A stretch of 64,000 nt of DNA, from positions 1-64,000 of the forward strand of contig JALMLS010000387.1 in NCBI GenBank assembly GCA_038496445.1. Reading direction: 5' to 3'. Positions 25,145-43,010 of the stretch are shown in pieces. This DNA comes from Trichosphaerium sp. ATCC 40318 (lineage: Eukaryota; Protista; Tubulinea). How positions within the stretch are numbered: position 1 is the stretch's first letter; every line of letters begins with the position of its first letter. The position numbers were made by a program, and so were the translations under genes. Below the pieces are notes generated by a model that did not search any database, was not told the DNA's origin, and saw only the letters and a list, made by a program, of their open reading frames with translations.

Positions 25145-26640
25145 TTACAGCTCAAATGTAATACTATCTTTCCACTCAATCTCAAGGATTCCTCCTGTGC
25201 TATTGAATTGTAAAGGATACCAATACAGATAATCATGATGGTAACAGTCGTCTAAAGAGCAAAGTCAAAAAATTATCACGTGCGTTTCCAAAAATGACAC
25301 TCAATACAAAAACAGATAAAACGAACCTGGTGACCTTCCCCACTGATTTCCTATCCACATAAAAGTGGATCCAGAAGTGCTAGGTATTTCAAATACAACA
25401 CTTTGTTGTGCTCTAGTTACAAAAGAACCATTCCTAGATGTACCAACATCACCTGATAACAACTAAGTCAAAAAAAACTCTGACATTAAAAACTCTTCTC
25501 ACGAACACCAAATTAAAGGTTTACTGCCATGTTGATGTCTGAATGTTTAACTCAGTTTTAACCAATATGAACATCAAAAAAGGGAAGGAAGGAATGATCC
25601 TTCATACTGAGTAAACAAACAAACTTACCATGAAAAGTGTAAGGTCCAAGTGGCTTTGGTGCCGTGTACACAAATACGTTAGATCCACCAGTACAAGCGC
25701 AACAATCGTCACCAAAGAGTACATAATACAAATCATCTCTCTTAAACAGCACAGGTGCCTCTGAAGCTGCGGTTGTATGTATAATTGTTGTATCTCCTGT
25801 TCCTTTTGTGTATGTATCATCCAACCTTTCAATACACATGTATGCATGGTGTGTAATGATTATATAGGCTTCTTCTCCATCAACGAACAAATCATAGTCT
25901 CCGTCTGGTCCACAAGAGAATGATGCTGTATCGTAGATAGTCTTAAAAACACCTGTTGGATGTGGAGCTGTAGCAATAGCCAAGTTATGGCCTGGATGTC
26001 TGTCGATGTACCACATAACGAAAAGTTTCGTCTTTTGATTGTAAATCACGTGTGGTCTGAATAAAATACCCTCATGCCGTTGCGTTACATTGAGCACTAT
26101 GCCGTGGTTTTCAAAGGCAACAAAATCATTCGTGCTGTAAAGTACTAAAACGACGTCAACATCAAGCAGTAAAAAAAAAGTTTAGGTCAAGTGATTTCAT
26201 TTAAAAAGCGATCAGAGGTAGCAAAAAGACCAAATCTTGCTGTTTACCGTAGAATTGTTGAGACAATGTAGGTAAACACATGTATAGTTTTCAAAATACA
26301 ACACAGGCCAAGAGACGCGAACAGCAAAACTTTCGAAAACTTTTCATTTTTGTTTTTCTTACCGACGTTGTGAGATGTGTTATACACGCATGGACTCTTA
26401 CAGCTATGATCTGAACAGCATCCCCAGTCATCAAAATAAAAGTAGTAAGTATTTTCGTATACCATAACGTCCAGTTCGCCCGTTGTAAACATCTTATTTA
26501 GATTTTAGTAAGTTTAACAGTAATCACGTGATTGGTACAACCTTGCCGTTAGTATCGTGTAAATTCGCATTATTAGATATGGTAACTTCAAAAGAGAGCG
26601 TAATGATGCATAACAATGCGAAGAAATATCGAAAACACAT
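25145..26640 (-). CDS. Secreted glycoside hydrolase family 43
   Basis: Signal MCFRYFFALLCIITLS; RPHVIYNQKTKLFVMWY, GDYDLFVD, SEAPVLFKRDDLYYVLF, PKPLGPY, RAQQSVV, LYWYPLQF. Confidence 0.88.
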
Positions 26641-27001
26641 ACGCTGCGTTTTCTCGGTGTAACCGATTTTATTGACAACAGTTGACTTGGTAATTTCTGA
26701 AAAAACAAGGTCTTTTGCAAAGTTTGCGATTCACAAAAGACAATAGAATATAGACAAGTAAAACTTTAGTGCCCAGTTCATAATGCTAGCTCTGATTTGA
26801 GACATATGTCTTATTTTCGTTTAGACTTGATAGGGAAATACACCCCAAGGTTAATGTCTGTCTAAAAATTGTGGACAGTACTCTGCAAAACAGCGAAGTT
26901 GCACGTGTTTTGTAGCAAAATTGTTATAAAAAGCGCAGTTTGCTGTAGTTTAATCGGAAGTTGTATACAGTTTAACTCAAGCTGGTTTAGCTTTGCAAAA
27001 T

Positions 27002-27086
27002 TGCTTGGAGTGGGACTTGAACCCACGCGGACGAAATGTCCAGTCGAACTTGAGTCGAGCCCCTTAACCAACTCGGGCATCCAAGC
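27002..27086 (-). tRNA. tRNA-Leu(CAA)
   Basis: Reverse strand GCTTGGATGCCCGAGTTGGTTAAGGGGCTCGACTCAAGTTCGACTGGACATTTCGTCCGCGTGGGTTCAAGTCCCACTCCAAGCA; loop CTCAAGT; long variable arm. Confidence 0.9.
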
Positions 27087-27389
27087 GCTCATGTGAAAAG
27101 AATACAGTGCGCTCCCACGCCGTCAAAATTGAGATCCAAATACTGAGGCAATCAATGGTCATCAAACTTTCTGAAAAAAGTAAAACTGGAAAAAACAATA
27201 AAATATTGTAGTTGTCTTTACTGTTCTGTACTCATAGCTGTATGAACATCCATAACGTTCACGCAACTATCATGTGTATTTCCTTATAAAGAGAGTGTTG
27301 ACCTTCACATTAACACTAAGAATTCTTCGAAGCTATATTACGAAAGCAGAACTATGTGTATTCAAACATTACTGTTCTTACAATCATCA

Positions 27390-30300
27390 TTATATTGGCT
27401 CTGGTCTTATGTAATGTACGAATCTATTTAGCTCTGACATAAGCTTTGGTTCTTTATAAGACTCAAACTTATCCATGAAGCGTATCAGTTTTTTCTTACG
27501 TAGTATCAGTTTAATATTGTCTACAAGTAACAAATGGTTAACAACAGCAACAGCAAATAAAAAACATTTATGACTTACCATCGTACTGAGAGCAGTATAG
27601 CATCATTAACCCAATCTCAAACAACATAGAGTTCCATACACAAAAGCTGGGTCTTCAGCGAAAAGAAACCGCTTCTGAGCCATAACTGTACACAATCCTA
27701 AATATTTTCGCGTTAGAATAATACCACGTGATAACCACGTGTTTGAGAAGTACTAGTCTTACCTTGATTCATAAACAATTGATTGTATGCTAAAGAATTT
27801 ACAGACAGTATTTCATGCAACATTCCGAAAGAGAATCTTGGAACTCTTACGTCTGTTACAAGCAATGCACGAATGAATATTGATCTATCTCCATCCGGTA
27901 TAATAGTAGGTAGAGACATATTAATAAGACACATCTCAGAGCAAGTATATGATTTTTCTAGATTAACATCTCTTTCATCAAGGAGACCAACGGCAGCGAT
28001 GTATCTAAAGAACAGAGCCATGCACATATTGATTTTGTAACTCTGCGTTGACAGATCAAGTTGGTTAGCTATATTTATAGCATCTTGGACATAAGCGTAT
28101 GCATGTGTCTCTGGTACAACTTTAGTTAAACGAAACAATACTTCTAGAAGATGTTGGGTATTAGCCTGGAAGTGAGGAGCCAACTCGAAGCACTAAAAAA
28201 AACTTAAAAGAGAAAAAAAGAATAAATAAAGAAAAGATAGGTACCTTCTTTGCATGGCCAACAGCTATCAACATCGCATCAAGTTTATCATCATTGTATG
28301 TTAGTATTGCAGATATTTCATCTTGGACTACTGCTGCATGATGATATGATTGGTAATAGTCAGGAGAGACAGTAAACTCAGCACAAACCTGTACAAAAGT
28401 TAGAAGTTGTTGTTTGGTTTCAACGACAGTACTTTTTTGTATGCTTTTTGATAAATGTCGTAAGCATCTTGAAGTTTCTTGGTATGTTTCCCCTCTTGTA
28501 GCAAGCAAGTTCCCCAGTTAAAGTTGAACGTACGAAAGCCAGCACCAAGCTTTTCAGCAGTCTCAAAAAGTTCATTCGATTTTTTAAACAAGATTGCCTG
28601 TTCTTCTTCGTTTGTACACAACCGGCCCTATCAGAGTTACACAAAGGTATAAAGTTAATGTTACCTCTTCTGTGTAGGCAAGAGCTTTATTAACATGTGT
28701 TAGAGTGTAATCTGGTTTCGCCTTGAAACAAGTAAGTGACAACTCTGAACTTTTCTTTTTGTACCGCTATCCCCTTGTCAAAGAGCTCATAGCATCTCTT
28801 AAAGCACTGCTTCCTTTCCACTTCATCTATTGTATGCGTGCCCCTAATCAGTATATTAACAGGAGAACACCCAAGACGAGAATTACATACAGATGTTTGT
28901 ACACCAACCCAAAATTTGAATAGAACTTATAACTATCCAACCCATTTGTTCCACTCTCTTCAATTGGTGTCATAACATCAATCGCCCTCTGAAGATATTG
29001 TTTTGATCTTGTTTCATCTATAGTTGACATAATAGTACCCAATTGCGTCAATACATTCGCCCAGTTCGCACCGAGCTTACGGTAATTCTTTACAAGCGAA
29101 GGTATTGACAACCTGAACTGATCATCTAAAATAACAACTTAATTACAACAACATCAAAGAAGTTTGTACCTGAACGTATCATGAGCTTTAGTGCAAGATC
29201 ATTATTCCTATCTTCTATGGCAGCACAACCTAGTCTGTAAAGACAGAGTCCGAAGTTCTGTCTTGCTACTCTACTACCGGGTGTTCTTTGCAAACATTTT
29301 GAATACAAATCAGCAGAACGTCGATAGAGTTCTATTGATTTTTGTTAGCGTAAGATCTGTGATGACGATGTAATCAAGAGATATATCCATACCCATTGCC
29401 TTTGAGCCAACGTTCGCGTTTTCACCTTCTTGGAAGCTAACAGAAGCCTCTATAAGTGAAAAGACAAAAAGTTCCTTGACCTAACATAAAATTTAAGAAT
29501 GCCTCCTTAGTTATACTATTGCTTACCTTTATGTCAACACCCTTTACTTCTTTTTGAAATGTCTCTATTGTAGTTTTATCTAAAATTTTGTTGTCCATAG
29601 GATCCATTTTAACACGGGACAGGTATGCAACACGTCTGATAAGTGGCACAGTTGGCTTAAATTCCTCAACGTCTTTTGGCAACTTTTCCATTTCATCGTA
29701 AGTTGTCTTTATCATCTTAGGTATGCTCCCCCTTTTGTATAAAATATCAATAAAAACAACAGATAAAACAAGATTAAAGCCATACCAAAATCGGGAATGG
29801 CTTGGATTGGAAGCACAAAAGTAGACATTAAAAGTTTCTGAAACCTACGAAATAGAGTCAACTACAGCAGGAAACTGTTTGTAGCGCTATGACAAAACCT
29901 CAAGGTACCTTATTGACAATTGCAATATCAGTTACAATATCCATAGAACGCATGATAGTTCTCAAATGATTTTTCAAGCATCTTGCAACCTGTTCAAATG
30001 AGATAAAATCAACGTATGTCATTTACCATTTCAGTGATAATCAAACGTCTTAGTGAATCAGATTCGATTTCGTGTAGAACAGCACCAAGGTATCTTGTAT
30101 TTATACCCTCTAGACGAATATACGTATTTAATTCATCATAAGCATGTGGATTATTCGATATATCTGGTCGGTTACCCCTACATTCCAAGAAAACAGTTAA
30201 ACAATTGTTCACCATTTAATTTTTTAGGAGCAGTACCATCTTCGTGTCATACGTTTACCAACTTCAGGTATAAGTGTATTAAACAAATAATCTGTGGCTT

Positions 30301-32299
30301 CATCTACTTCAGCATTATGTACTACTTTGTCATGACGTCCAAACATAGAGTACGCATCACTATAAAATGATTTAGATTGTAATCCAAAAAAACTTGTGGA
30401 AGTTCAAATACCTAGATAGTGGTTTACTGTTGTATATCACAAACTCCGGACGAAACAAACGATAGAGAAATCCTCCTTTGATTCCTTTAATCGGTTTGAC
30501 AGGTGGTGATACCCTAATACAAAATGATTAGCTCAGTGAAAAGCAATCCCTTTATGAGCACCTTGCAGAATCTAACAGATAGTATAGACCATCTTTTCCT
30601 TTATGAACTTCGATATCTGTAGGCATGTATAGCCACTTATCTCTTACTTTATGTCTCTTTAACTTTAGTTTTTTACCAATCAATTCAATCATATCATTTA
30701 CTTCAGGGATATCAGCATGTACTGTACGTCCACCATCATCGCTAAAAAAATATCTTAAGAAAACTTCAACTTAAACAATCTACAATACCTTCCGTATATG
30801 AGTGTACCCTTACCAATAGGTAGTAACGAACTCGCAACTATTGAGTATCCCTTATATGTCACTATAGCCATAAGTGGAACGTGTAGGTTTAAGTTGAGAT
30901 CCATGACTTGGTTGATAACAGCCATCAAACCTGTATTGTATTAAATCGTACTAATAAAAACCACAACAGTTAGTAAGTACTAATACAATACCTGTGAGTT
31001 CTCTGTAGGCTGCTTTCATAGCATACTGATCTCCGCCGTACTTTAACAATAAGTCAACAACCACATCATAATATGGACTAAACGTCGTACCAACTTGAAA
31101 ACATCAGTTGCCATTTTGAAGAACACACCGTTACTGATATACTTTATACCTTGTAGGTGTTATACTGTTTCGAATTATGTAACTATAATACCTCCTGCAA
31201 TTCCGCCAGCAGCAACAGGCTTTATTGTCTTCTGTTCTTTGGAAGTGAAGAGCTCATTGATAATCGTTTTACCAGACTAAAAGTATAATCAGCTAATAAT
31301 ATAACTATTTGTTTGTACCTCCACAGCTGTAGCTGTAAACTCAGTTACAAGTTCTCTTAAACATTTTGATACTTCTCTTCCGCTATCAAACCTTTCTCTA
31401 GTATTCCAACGATGTAATAGCTGCTGAAACTCTAAATAAAATAAGTTGTAAAGAAAATACAATCAAAATACCTTCATTCCAATCACGTGACTTGGGTTCA
31501 GGGATAATCTCCTCTTCTCCTTTATAAGCACTTGCTAATTACAGTTACAATTAATTTTATTGAAGCTTAACGAACCAAAGCCTATTCCATGCTCTGCAAT
31601 GAAGTTTAGTTAGCAAACAAAGCATACTTATAGCTTAGCATTTAACTCACCTAAAGACGGTTCTGTAGCTGTAATAATCTCCTTAAGTGCTTGGATTTCA
31701 TGCATAGATAGAGTAGAAGCGATATGAGAGACATCTTTATCCGCACTTGGAAGAAGTAAGAGAATTTCCTTTTTTGGCCAAAAAAGAACAAACACGCACT
31801 GTTTAATCAACTTCTTCGCAATGGCTGTATATACATTATCTACAGGCCCATCAGTTGTAGCTTCGCTATCTATTTCATAATTTAGTTCGACATGAACGGA
31901 GAAATCGTATTTGTTACCCTTAGTATACGTATACGCTTCAGATGCAGCTGCAAGCGACGAAACATTCAAACTATACATGCAACCAGCATCTTCCGGTACA
32001 TCTTTATAATTGCCATCTGTTTGGTCCCCAAACGAGTCTCCAAGAGTGTAACAGCTTTCTTCAATGTAGTTTGCGGGTGTTTCAGCATCACTTGCCTCAG
32101 AACTATCTGACGCCCCACTTTGGGAATAAGAATACGCTACAGCACCTTGTTACGCGTTAGTTAATAATGCCAACCCTAATACACTCACCTGTGGGCTCTG
32201 TGTAATTCGAAGCGCTGTATGCTTCTGAATGCAGTTCTTCCTACGTCTATTTAATACCTTTAATACTAAGAACTAGCGTACTTCGTCGAGTTGCGACAT
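27390..32299 (-). CDS. Clu (clustered-mitochondria)-domain protein with C-terminal TPR/helical repeats
   Basis: GIAGG, YGGDQYAMKAAYREL, HVPLMAIVTYKGY, LIYGSDDGG, DIEVHKGKDGLYYLLDSAR..PP and LFRPEFV motifs, followed by TPR-like exons (NWANVL, NFGLVY, NWGTCL). Many short introns. Confidence 0.85.
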
Positions 32300-32738
32300 T
32301 CGGATTTGAATACTGTTTTGACGTTAAAAAGTGGCAAATTAGGGAGGTTTGACGCTTAAACACCACGCTCACGACCCAGTTAGTGGAAAAACGCTTTCTG
32401 AGTGACAAACGAATACGTTTGCTTACTTTTGCAGTTGTGACACGAAATGTACAAAGCACCCACTAGCGCTGTAAACAGCGCCAAAATGCCGGACGGATAA
32501 TTCTTTGTCGAATAACTGCGTCGCTTTACTGTATTCGCTTCTTTTACGCTCTAACGTCATTGATATACGTAGGGATTATTATTTGCATAACTTTTAGTGA
32601 AAACAAGTGTAACACGTTGACATTTTGTTTAAAAATAATTGTACTATTGTGTATGAAGCTCTCTTATAACTTGTAGAGCAATCACTAGTAAAGCAGTAAA
32701 ATTCTTGCGCCAAAAAAACTCACAAAAAGTTCAAGTGA

Positions 32739-36383
<3,645 letters not shown>

Positions 36384-36698
36384 GCGTAGTGTACAGAAAA
36401 AAAAAAAGCCATTAAAATGTTTAATTATAATAAGACTTATTGCCAGCCAGCAAAGAGCGTTCAGTACTGAAATGTATGCAAGGTTATAATGTAATGCTTT
36501 CTACTACAAGCGTTCTTTATTGGCCTGCGGAAATTAGTTGTGACACGTGACGTGAACGAATTGTTGCGAAGGTATTCATGGGATAAGTTCTCTTTTCAGT
36601 CGTAGCTACAATGAGTTTTCAATGTCAGTAAAACCGCGACGCAGTGAAAGAAAATTCATTGTTGAGGCTTAGTTCCTGTGTTTACTCAGTTGAGTTTA

Positions 36699-37585
36699 TT
36701 AAGCATTATTTAACTTAGTCGTTGGACAAGCATACTTTGAAATTGCAGTCATTTTGTACACTAGATGGTTGTTCGAATCAAAGCTTGTATCGTTTACCCC
36801 AAAGTTTTCCAATACTGATTTAACAAAAGTAAGTTAGCGTTGAGTTAAACTGCAATAAGAAACCGTACCTCCAGCACTAGGAAAACAACTTATTGTGACT
36901 AACAGTGGTAAGTAAGGAGTATAAAATATGTATCATACAAGCAACATGACGTAAGCTCAGGGTATCAGGAAGCGTGTAGTACAGTTCAACACCTTTCCCA
37001 TCATTTAATCCAGTTGTATTTTGTGAAGAGAACATCCCGAGGCAATTCTGTTTTGATAAAAATCTATAAGTGACGTATTGTAATGTGAAGTATGTTACTT
37101 GGTTTGAAGGGTTGTCATAGTTCATCCATGATTGGCACGCGCCACATTTTGTCTTACCAACAGTCTAAATAAGTCGTTAGCTTTAGTTCACTTATAATAT
37201 AGGATAATTAGTGTGCCGAATTTTTGGCTGTTTTTTTTGACAAAAGTTAAGCATATTTGGGCTTCCGGTAATTCCGATAATTACGTGATATAAAGATAAC
37301 GCACTGTACCACACTGTTCTTCTACGTCGCTACACACAGAAACACGGTATTGGAATAGATCATCCTTATAAGAACGATTAGATGGTTTTACGTGTTAAAT
37401 AGGAAAAAGAGGGGTGTGAGTACCACGCAGATGGGACAAAATAAGCTTCCATAGCCTGTAATAATTTTTCCATCGACTGCGCTCAAATCATAGCGAGATC
37501 CGTCTGGAGCTACGATGTCGGTACAGTGTTTACTATTTGCGAATAGTACAAACAAACACAAAAGTAAGAAGACGTGTTGTACCAT
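36699..37585 (-). CDS. Secreted MRH/M6PR-like (ATG27-type) domain protein
   Basis: Signal peptide; CTDIVAPDGSRYDLSAV, YRVSVCS, CGACQ, NCLG, GKGVELYY and SKYACP match the MRH fold pattern. Confidence 0.65.
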
Positions 37586-37694
37586 GTTAGTGAGTGAAAT
37601 TGACAATTTATTAAGTTGTGTTTGTGCTAAGTCATGGGAGGTATTTAATTCCAAAGTCAGTTAGGCCTGCTACGTGAGCTCTATCAACTAAGGC

Positions 37695-40600
37695 ATGCGA
37701 AACTGTCATCTATTGATCAGCTATTTCAAGACAGGTAGTATGTGATAAGGTACCACATATGGCGTTAGGGAGATTGTAACGAAAAGCAATAAGTCAAAGT
37801 AAAAGTTGCTTTTTTCACAAAAAGATAGGGCCGAGCAGACATCCTCTCCTTAATAACCCACAGAGCGCCCCACTCCATTGACAACGGCGTACACTGGAAC
37901 ACCGGTCAAAGGACACTCGAGACCAAGGAACTGTACCAGTTCATACCAGTTACTCTTAGTCTAACATGATCCTACATTGATGTTTGTGTTGAGAATCAGG
38001 TACGATACCTCGAGGCACTGAATTCTCTCACCAACTTCAAATCATGGCGTTATTTTCTATTTAGAAAGCTCCAAGAGAACACACACTCCTTTTGCTTTTC
38101 ATTATCTGAGGAATCCAGAAATCCTTTTATACATCCAAGTTTATCCACAAAATAAATTGTGGGATAACACAAAGTTGTAGCGTTTGTCACGTTGTTTAGA
38201 GGATGGTGATTTTGGATTGAATTGATACGCGTTGAACCGAGATATTGGGGTTATACTGAAAGTGATGATAATGCACATGTAGCAGAGGTAATGCCACCTA
38301 TCGACATCCAACTTTGGACAGATTTTGTTAGTTTTCAAGTGAGTAATTTATTAAACATCATCAGACACGCTACAACGCTCAGACGCACTCCTCTAACGTG
38401 TGTAAACGGTTTAATTCATATGGATATTTTACGGTTACAAACAAATTCAAAAAAATTGATACCGCTCGAATTCCACCTTTGTTTGAACCGGTATTGGTAT
38501 AAAAAACCGTTTCAATGCGATTGGAAGTAAAGAAATTGTGTTTGTGGTTGGTTAGGACGAATAAGATTCTACAACCGATAAATAGCGTTTTGACAAGAGA
38601 AACATATAGAAACAAGCGTGGAAGTGACAATTTCGTTTGAAAAACGAGCTACTGTAAAGATTTAGCGAAATAACTGCAGATCACGTTTTTTAACCAAATT
38701 CGAACCAAAATTGTTCGATACGTTGTAGATCTTGTATTTACACCCTTGTTGATAACGTACCAGTGAATTGAGAGCGATACTCACTCAGGTAAGGTATGTT
38801 TACAATCACAACAGCGGAAAATACTGCTACTTGGTTACTGCGTGCAATTTGTGTTTTATAGAGCGTTTCACAATACGATTGTATTTTTTTTTTTCTCGTA
38901 CAGTAGCACCACATTTCTTTCAGAGATTTTGACACTTATAACGGTATCAACATGTTACATTAACTGCCTTGAACGAATCCACTGAGTATACGGGCTATGC
39001 GTGACAGACAATCTTATCTTTCCTGAATATATTGGAAGCCACAATTGTTTTTTGTCAAACGCTATTTTTCCAGCATTGTACTTGTATGAGCTAAGTATCA
39101 CGTGTTTATACCCGAAAAAAGCAAAAGTAGTCAATCTTTGGTCACATCAACAAGAGAATACATACGTGGCTCCTAGTCCTGCTTTGTACATTGATTACGC
39201 ACCCACAAACTGTTGACAACCATATACGATAATCAGCTCACCCAATGTCGCTATTATTCGTGTTACTTTTCCTTCTCACGATAATACCCAATAACGTTTC
39301 GTCTCAAAGTTCATCATTTACATCTACGATAGATACAAACACAACTGGCACGTGACTTTTAAATCTTGACTAAAAAGCTAACATTATGCTTAGCTGTTAT
39401 AAGCCAAGCTTTTGGGGTCTTACCAGAATCTCCCTCTACTATTCACTTACTTCTGAGATCATACACACCACTTCCTATGAAGTCGTGGAGTAGCTATTGG
39501 AATTTCTCAATGGGGAATTTCAGTTACGAGGTAAGAGCCAACCGATCAGATCTTGCCATTGGAATAATATCTGCATGTGATATCGTGAAATATGGTACAG
39601 ACGAATCTGAAGACTTGTTTACAAACTATGCTACAACAAGTACAGAATTCTTTAATATTACTATCACAGCCTCATTTAACCAACGTACGTTGTTGACCTT
39701 TGATTTTCAAAAACATCAAAAAGCGCGTGGTCTTTTCTAAACAGAAAGCAAGAAAAAACTGAAAATCAAAAAACGCCCTCTTTATCTTCCTCAGCATCTT
39801 TTACAAAGCACATGATTTTCACGTGATCAATATAAGACTATGCACAGTTGGCAACATTAATACGTGTTTTTTATGTTTAGTTATGAATGCTGCATTCGAC
39901 AATTGGTATGAACTCGGTCCGTATCAATCAATAAAATACTATCAAGATCCGCCTTCGTCCAATGTACCCAAGTCCAAACTATTTGAATTCCGTGCTCTAC
40001 ACTACTACTACAATAAGGTGGTACAATTAAAAATACGATCTCTTGGCGGTGAAGTTGAAGAATGGTCAAAGTACGTGTTTCTTTATAAGTTGCTCCTCCT
40101 AAACTGGTATTGTTGCCTCACTAAAAATATTTGAATACTTTAACTTGTAAGACACTCACTCTTTATCCAAGCGACTTTAAAGATGTATATGTTGGTCTTT
40201 ATGATGACTCATGTGATACTACCAAAGGAGACATGTTTTTGATTAATGAAGGCAATACAGACTCTGCAATTATAAAAACTACAAAATTAATACCGGCCAA
40301 AGGAGTCGTCATGAAAAATCACAAAAAAAAAAAAACTGTCACAAATTTATTAGGAGGTTATTTTCCTGTCCCTGTGAGAAGCAATTCCGTTGCAATTCCT
40401 TGTAAAAAACCTTTGGGAGTAAGGGCTCCGTTTTGACACTTATACAGAATAAAAGCAGATGTGAGGGTGTAGTAAAACCAACCAACAAGAAGTGTCATGT
40501 TCCATTTTTTGAACCGCCTATCTGTACAATAGGACTTGACCAGCTGGCCAAATTGATCACTATTTCCCTTGGTGTGATCATTTTTATTTTTGAACATACC

Positions 40601-42025
40601 TTTTATTGCTACTGTCAAATGAACTTTTGTCATCATGCACACAGTAGAGAGTGGTGGCCAACTTTACGATTTCATTGTTATTTGTTGCAACGGCAACAGT
40701 TTTGTCCAATGGTGCCAATCTTGTGTATCCCACAGGCACTTTTTTTGCAAGTGATTGCTTCAAGGCCACTGACAGTGGTTGGTATTACATGATACAGTAG
40801 CGTCTAAGCCATATTCCCCCGGCTTGTTGAGATCCATGGCTGAACAAAAATTAGAGTCACATGTAAAAAAATGGCACCTTCCAATTGTTTTCGACCATTT
40901 TGCACATGAAAGAAGGACTCATTTGGTGTGAGATGAGGCTATATCAAAGCATTGATAAAGTCAATCAGATGCCTAGTTCGAATCATCGAGACACTTCAAT
41001 TCTATGGCCCATGCGTATGGTTTCCTAGTGTTGTGAGTTTTGATATGGCAATTGAAATATTATGATGGAATACAGATTTCATCAGCACAAGTGAAATAAC
41101 CTGGTACCATGTGGCGCTTAAAGACAATCACTAGAAATGAATGTACCCTGTTAGCATCAAATTTCATGTTGGCAGAGATGTTGAAGTAGTGATTAAGTTG
41201 CAACAAACCTGTTTTCCCAGTAAATAAAATTTATGCTTCACCTGTGCTCCACAATGAGTGAATATTCTGTATTCCAATAATCCCATGCCATATCACTATG
41301 CCAGAGAAGTTCGTCATATGGGTAGTGATCCCATTTTTTAGGTCAGTGTGATGTTGTTCATATGTGCTTGTGAGTAACAAGTTTTCAAAAATCTTATTAT
41401 GCCACTTGAAGGTGAAAAATGCCATTGGTGTCTTGGCTTTTCCAATACCAATAATGTTACGTTGCTTTTAAAGTTTAGTCCAAACGTCTAACACGGGATA
41501 GTCAACATAGGTAAATCCGTAAGGCTTCAATGCTGCTGTCAAAATCGGAGCCCAAAGAAATATTAGTTGCCAGTATCGCAGATGTTATGAAGTACATACT
41601 GTATGGATTCTCTGTTTGACCGTTTCAACACGCGCTCCTTTGGGCGTTTGTCATAATACTTGGAAAAGCCACGGCGTTGTTGCGACATTGGGGAGTTACG
41701 TATTCTTTATTGTGAAATCCACAATTTTTGGGTTTACAAAAGTTGACTTTTTTGATGACGACTCGATGGGCCGGTTATCAGTAGAGGTGATTATATCTAT
41801 GTTTTTTTCAAGACACTTCCAAGTGACTACTGGATAAAGGTCAATCCGAACAAATACGAGATGGTTGTATCTATTATTGACGCTCCAACTGAAGCGGATA
41901 AACCGTTTCCATTTCTACTTATAGGTTTAGTTGTTGGTATTGGAGGTGTTGTATTGATTCTAGCAATTGCTTTGGTTGGATTCATCATTTATAAGAGACG
42001 TAGGAAGTATCGTTCTGTTCAGTAA
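37695..42025 (+). pseudogene. Large type-I membrane protein gene, interrupted by a transposon and apparently decayed
   Basis: Multi-exon with C-terminal TM GLVVGIGGVVLILAIALVGFII-YKRRRKYRSVQ*. Apparent frameshift/stop near 37900-37970 and an insertion at 40423-41553 within an exon. 5' end uncertain. Confidence 0.55.
40423..41553 (-). mobile_element. Decayed DNA transposon with piggyBac-like (PGBD) transposase remnants and 16/17-bp TIRs
   Basis: TIRs GGGCTCCGTTTTGACA (40423) and TGTCAAAATCGGAGCCC (41537-41553). Minus-strand peptides FSGIVIWHGIIGIQNIHSLWS, FTCADEICIP...NTRKPYAWAIELKCLDD, FFTCDSNFCS and NDHTKGNSDQFGQLVKSYCTDRRFKKW, with stops and frameshifts. Confidence 0.85.
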
Positions 42026-42329
42026 CTAAGCTTGTTTTCATTTGAAATAAACAAAAGTGTAGTTTGAAGTTTCTGTTACAACTAGGTATTTGTAGGACCT
42101 GAGGTCAAATTATGTGACAAAAATTATGAGGAATTGAAAAAGATAATCGTTAATCCCATTTTTTGGATTTGAGAAAAAAGATGATGTAGATAATCACGTT
42201 TTTTTGTTTGTATTTGTTCATCACTATGAGCACTCAGTGCATTGTAACAAATTATTTAATTCACTTGATCCGTATTATCAAATATGAGTCATGGATAACG
42301 ATGGACTAAAAATGGGAGTATCGACAATC

Positions 42330-43010
42330 TTTTTTGTCGATAATCCTGTTCAAATCAGCCATAGTTTGAGCTGTTTCCACGCTTTGATGGATACGAACAT
42401 AAAGAAAGGCATTGTTTATAAGTAAAGCACTAGGGTAAACAGTAAACTATCTAACCATATGTGTATAGTTTAGCTTTACCCACACCATTTTTCTGAATGT
42501 TTATCAATAGTTTACCAGCTTGTTCATGTCAGTTACAAGTCATTTCATTAACATATGTACCCCTTGAGTCTGAGACTCGCGTCAGATGCTGTCCAGGCTC
42601 TAGCAGGTTTTAAGACTCGTTCATTTCCATTGAGCCTAGTTGAGGGGTTGATGGTGATTGCTAATGCTTAGGTGAGATTAAGCCAATCTTAGAAAGTCCA
42701 GCTGTATAACTTACATCATGAGCTTCTCTGGCTTAAATTTGGCTATATTCATACTGTTAGTCTTTCTGGGTGTAAATGCATAACATGCTCAGGAATCAAA
42801 GCACTCAAGGATGTTCATACCATCAATCTTTCTCAAACTAGAGTTACAGATGAGAGTGTAATAAGGCGTTCACTCAATTTACCTTTATGGAACTTTTGTT
42901 ACGGATGAGGGTAAAGTGCTAGTAGATGCTCACACCGTTGGGGTTGATAGATGCTTAAAAGTGACAAATTGAATGTATTAAATTACTCAAAGCCTCATTT
43001 GTTACTGTAA
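42330..43010 (+). pseudogene. Degenerate GVHTI-type LRR gene
   Basis: Fragments GIKALKDVHTINLSQTRVTDE, GVHSIYLYGTFVTDEG and DAHTVGVDRCLKVTN, broken by stops and indels. Confidence 0.75.
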
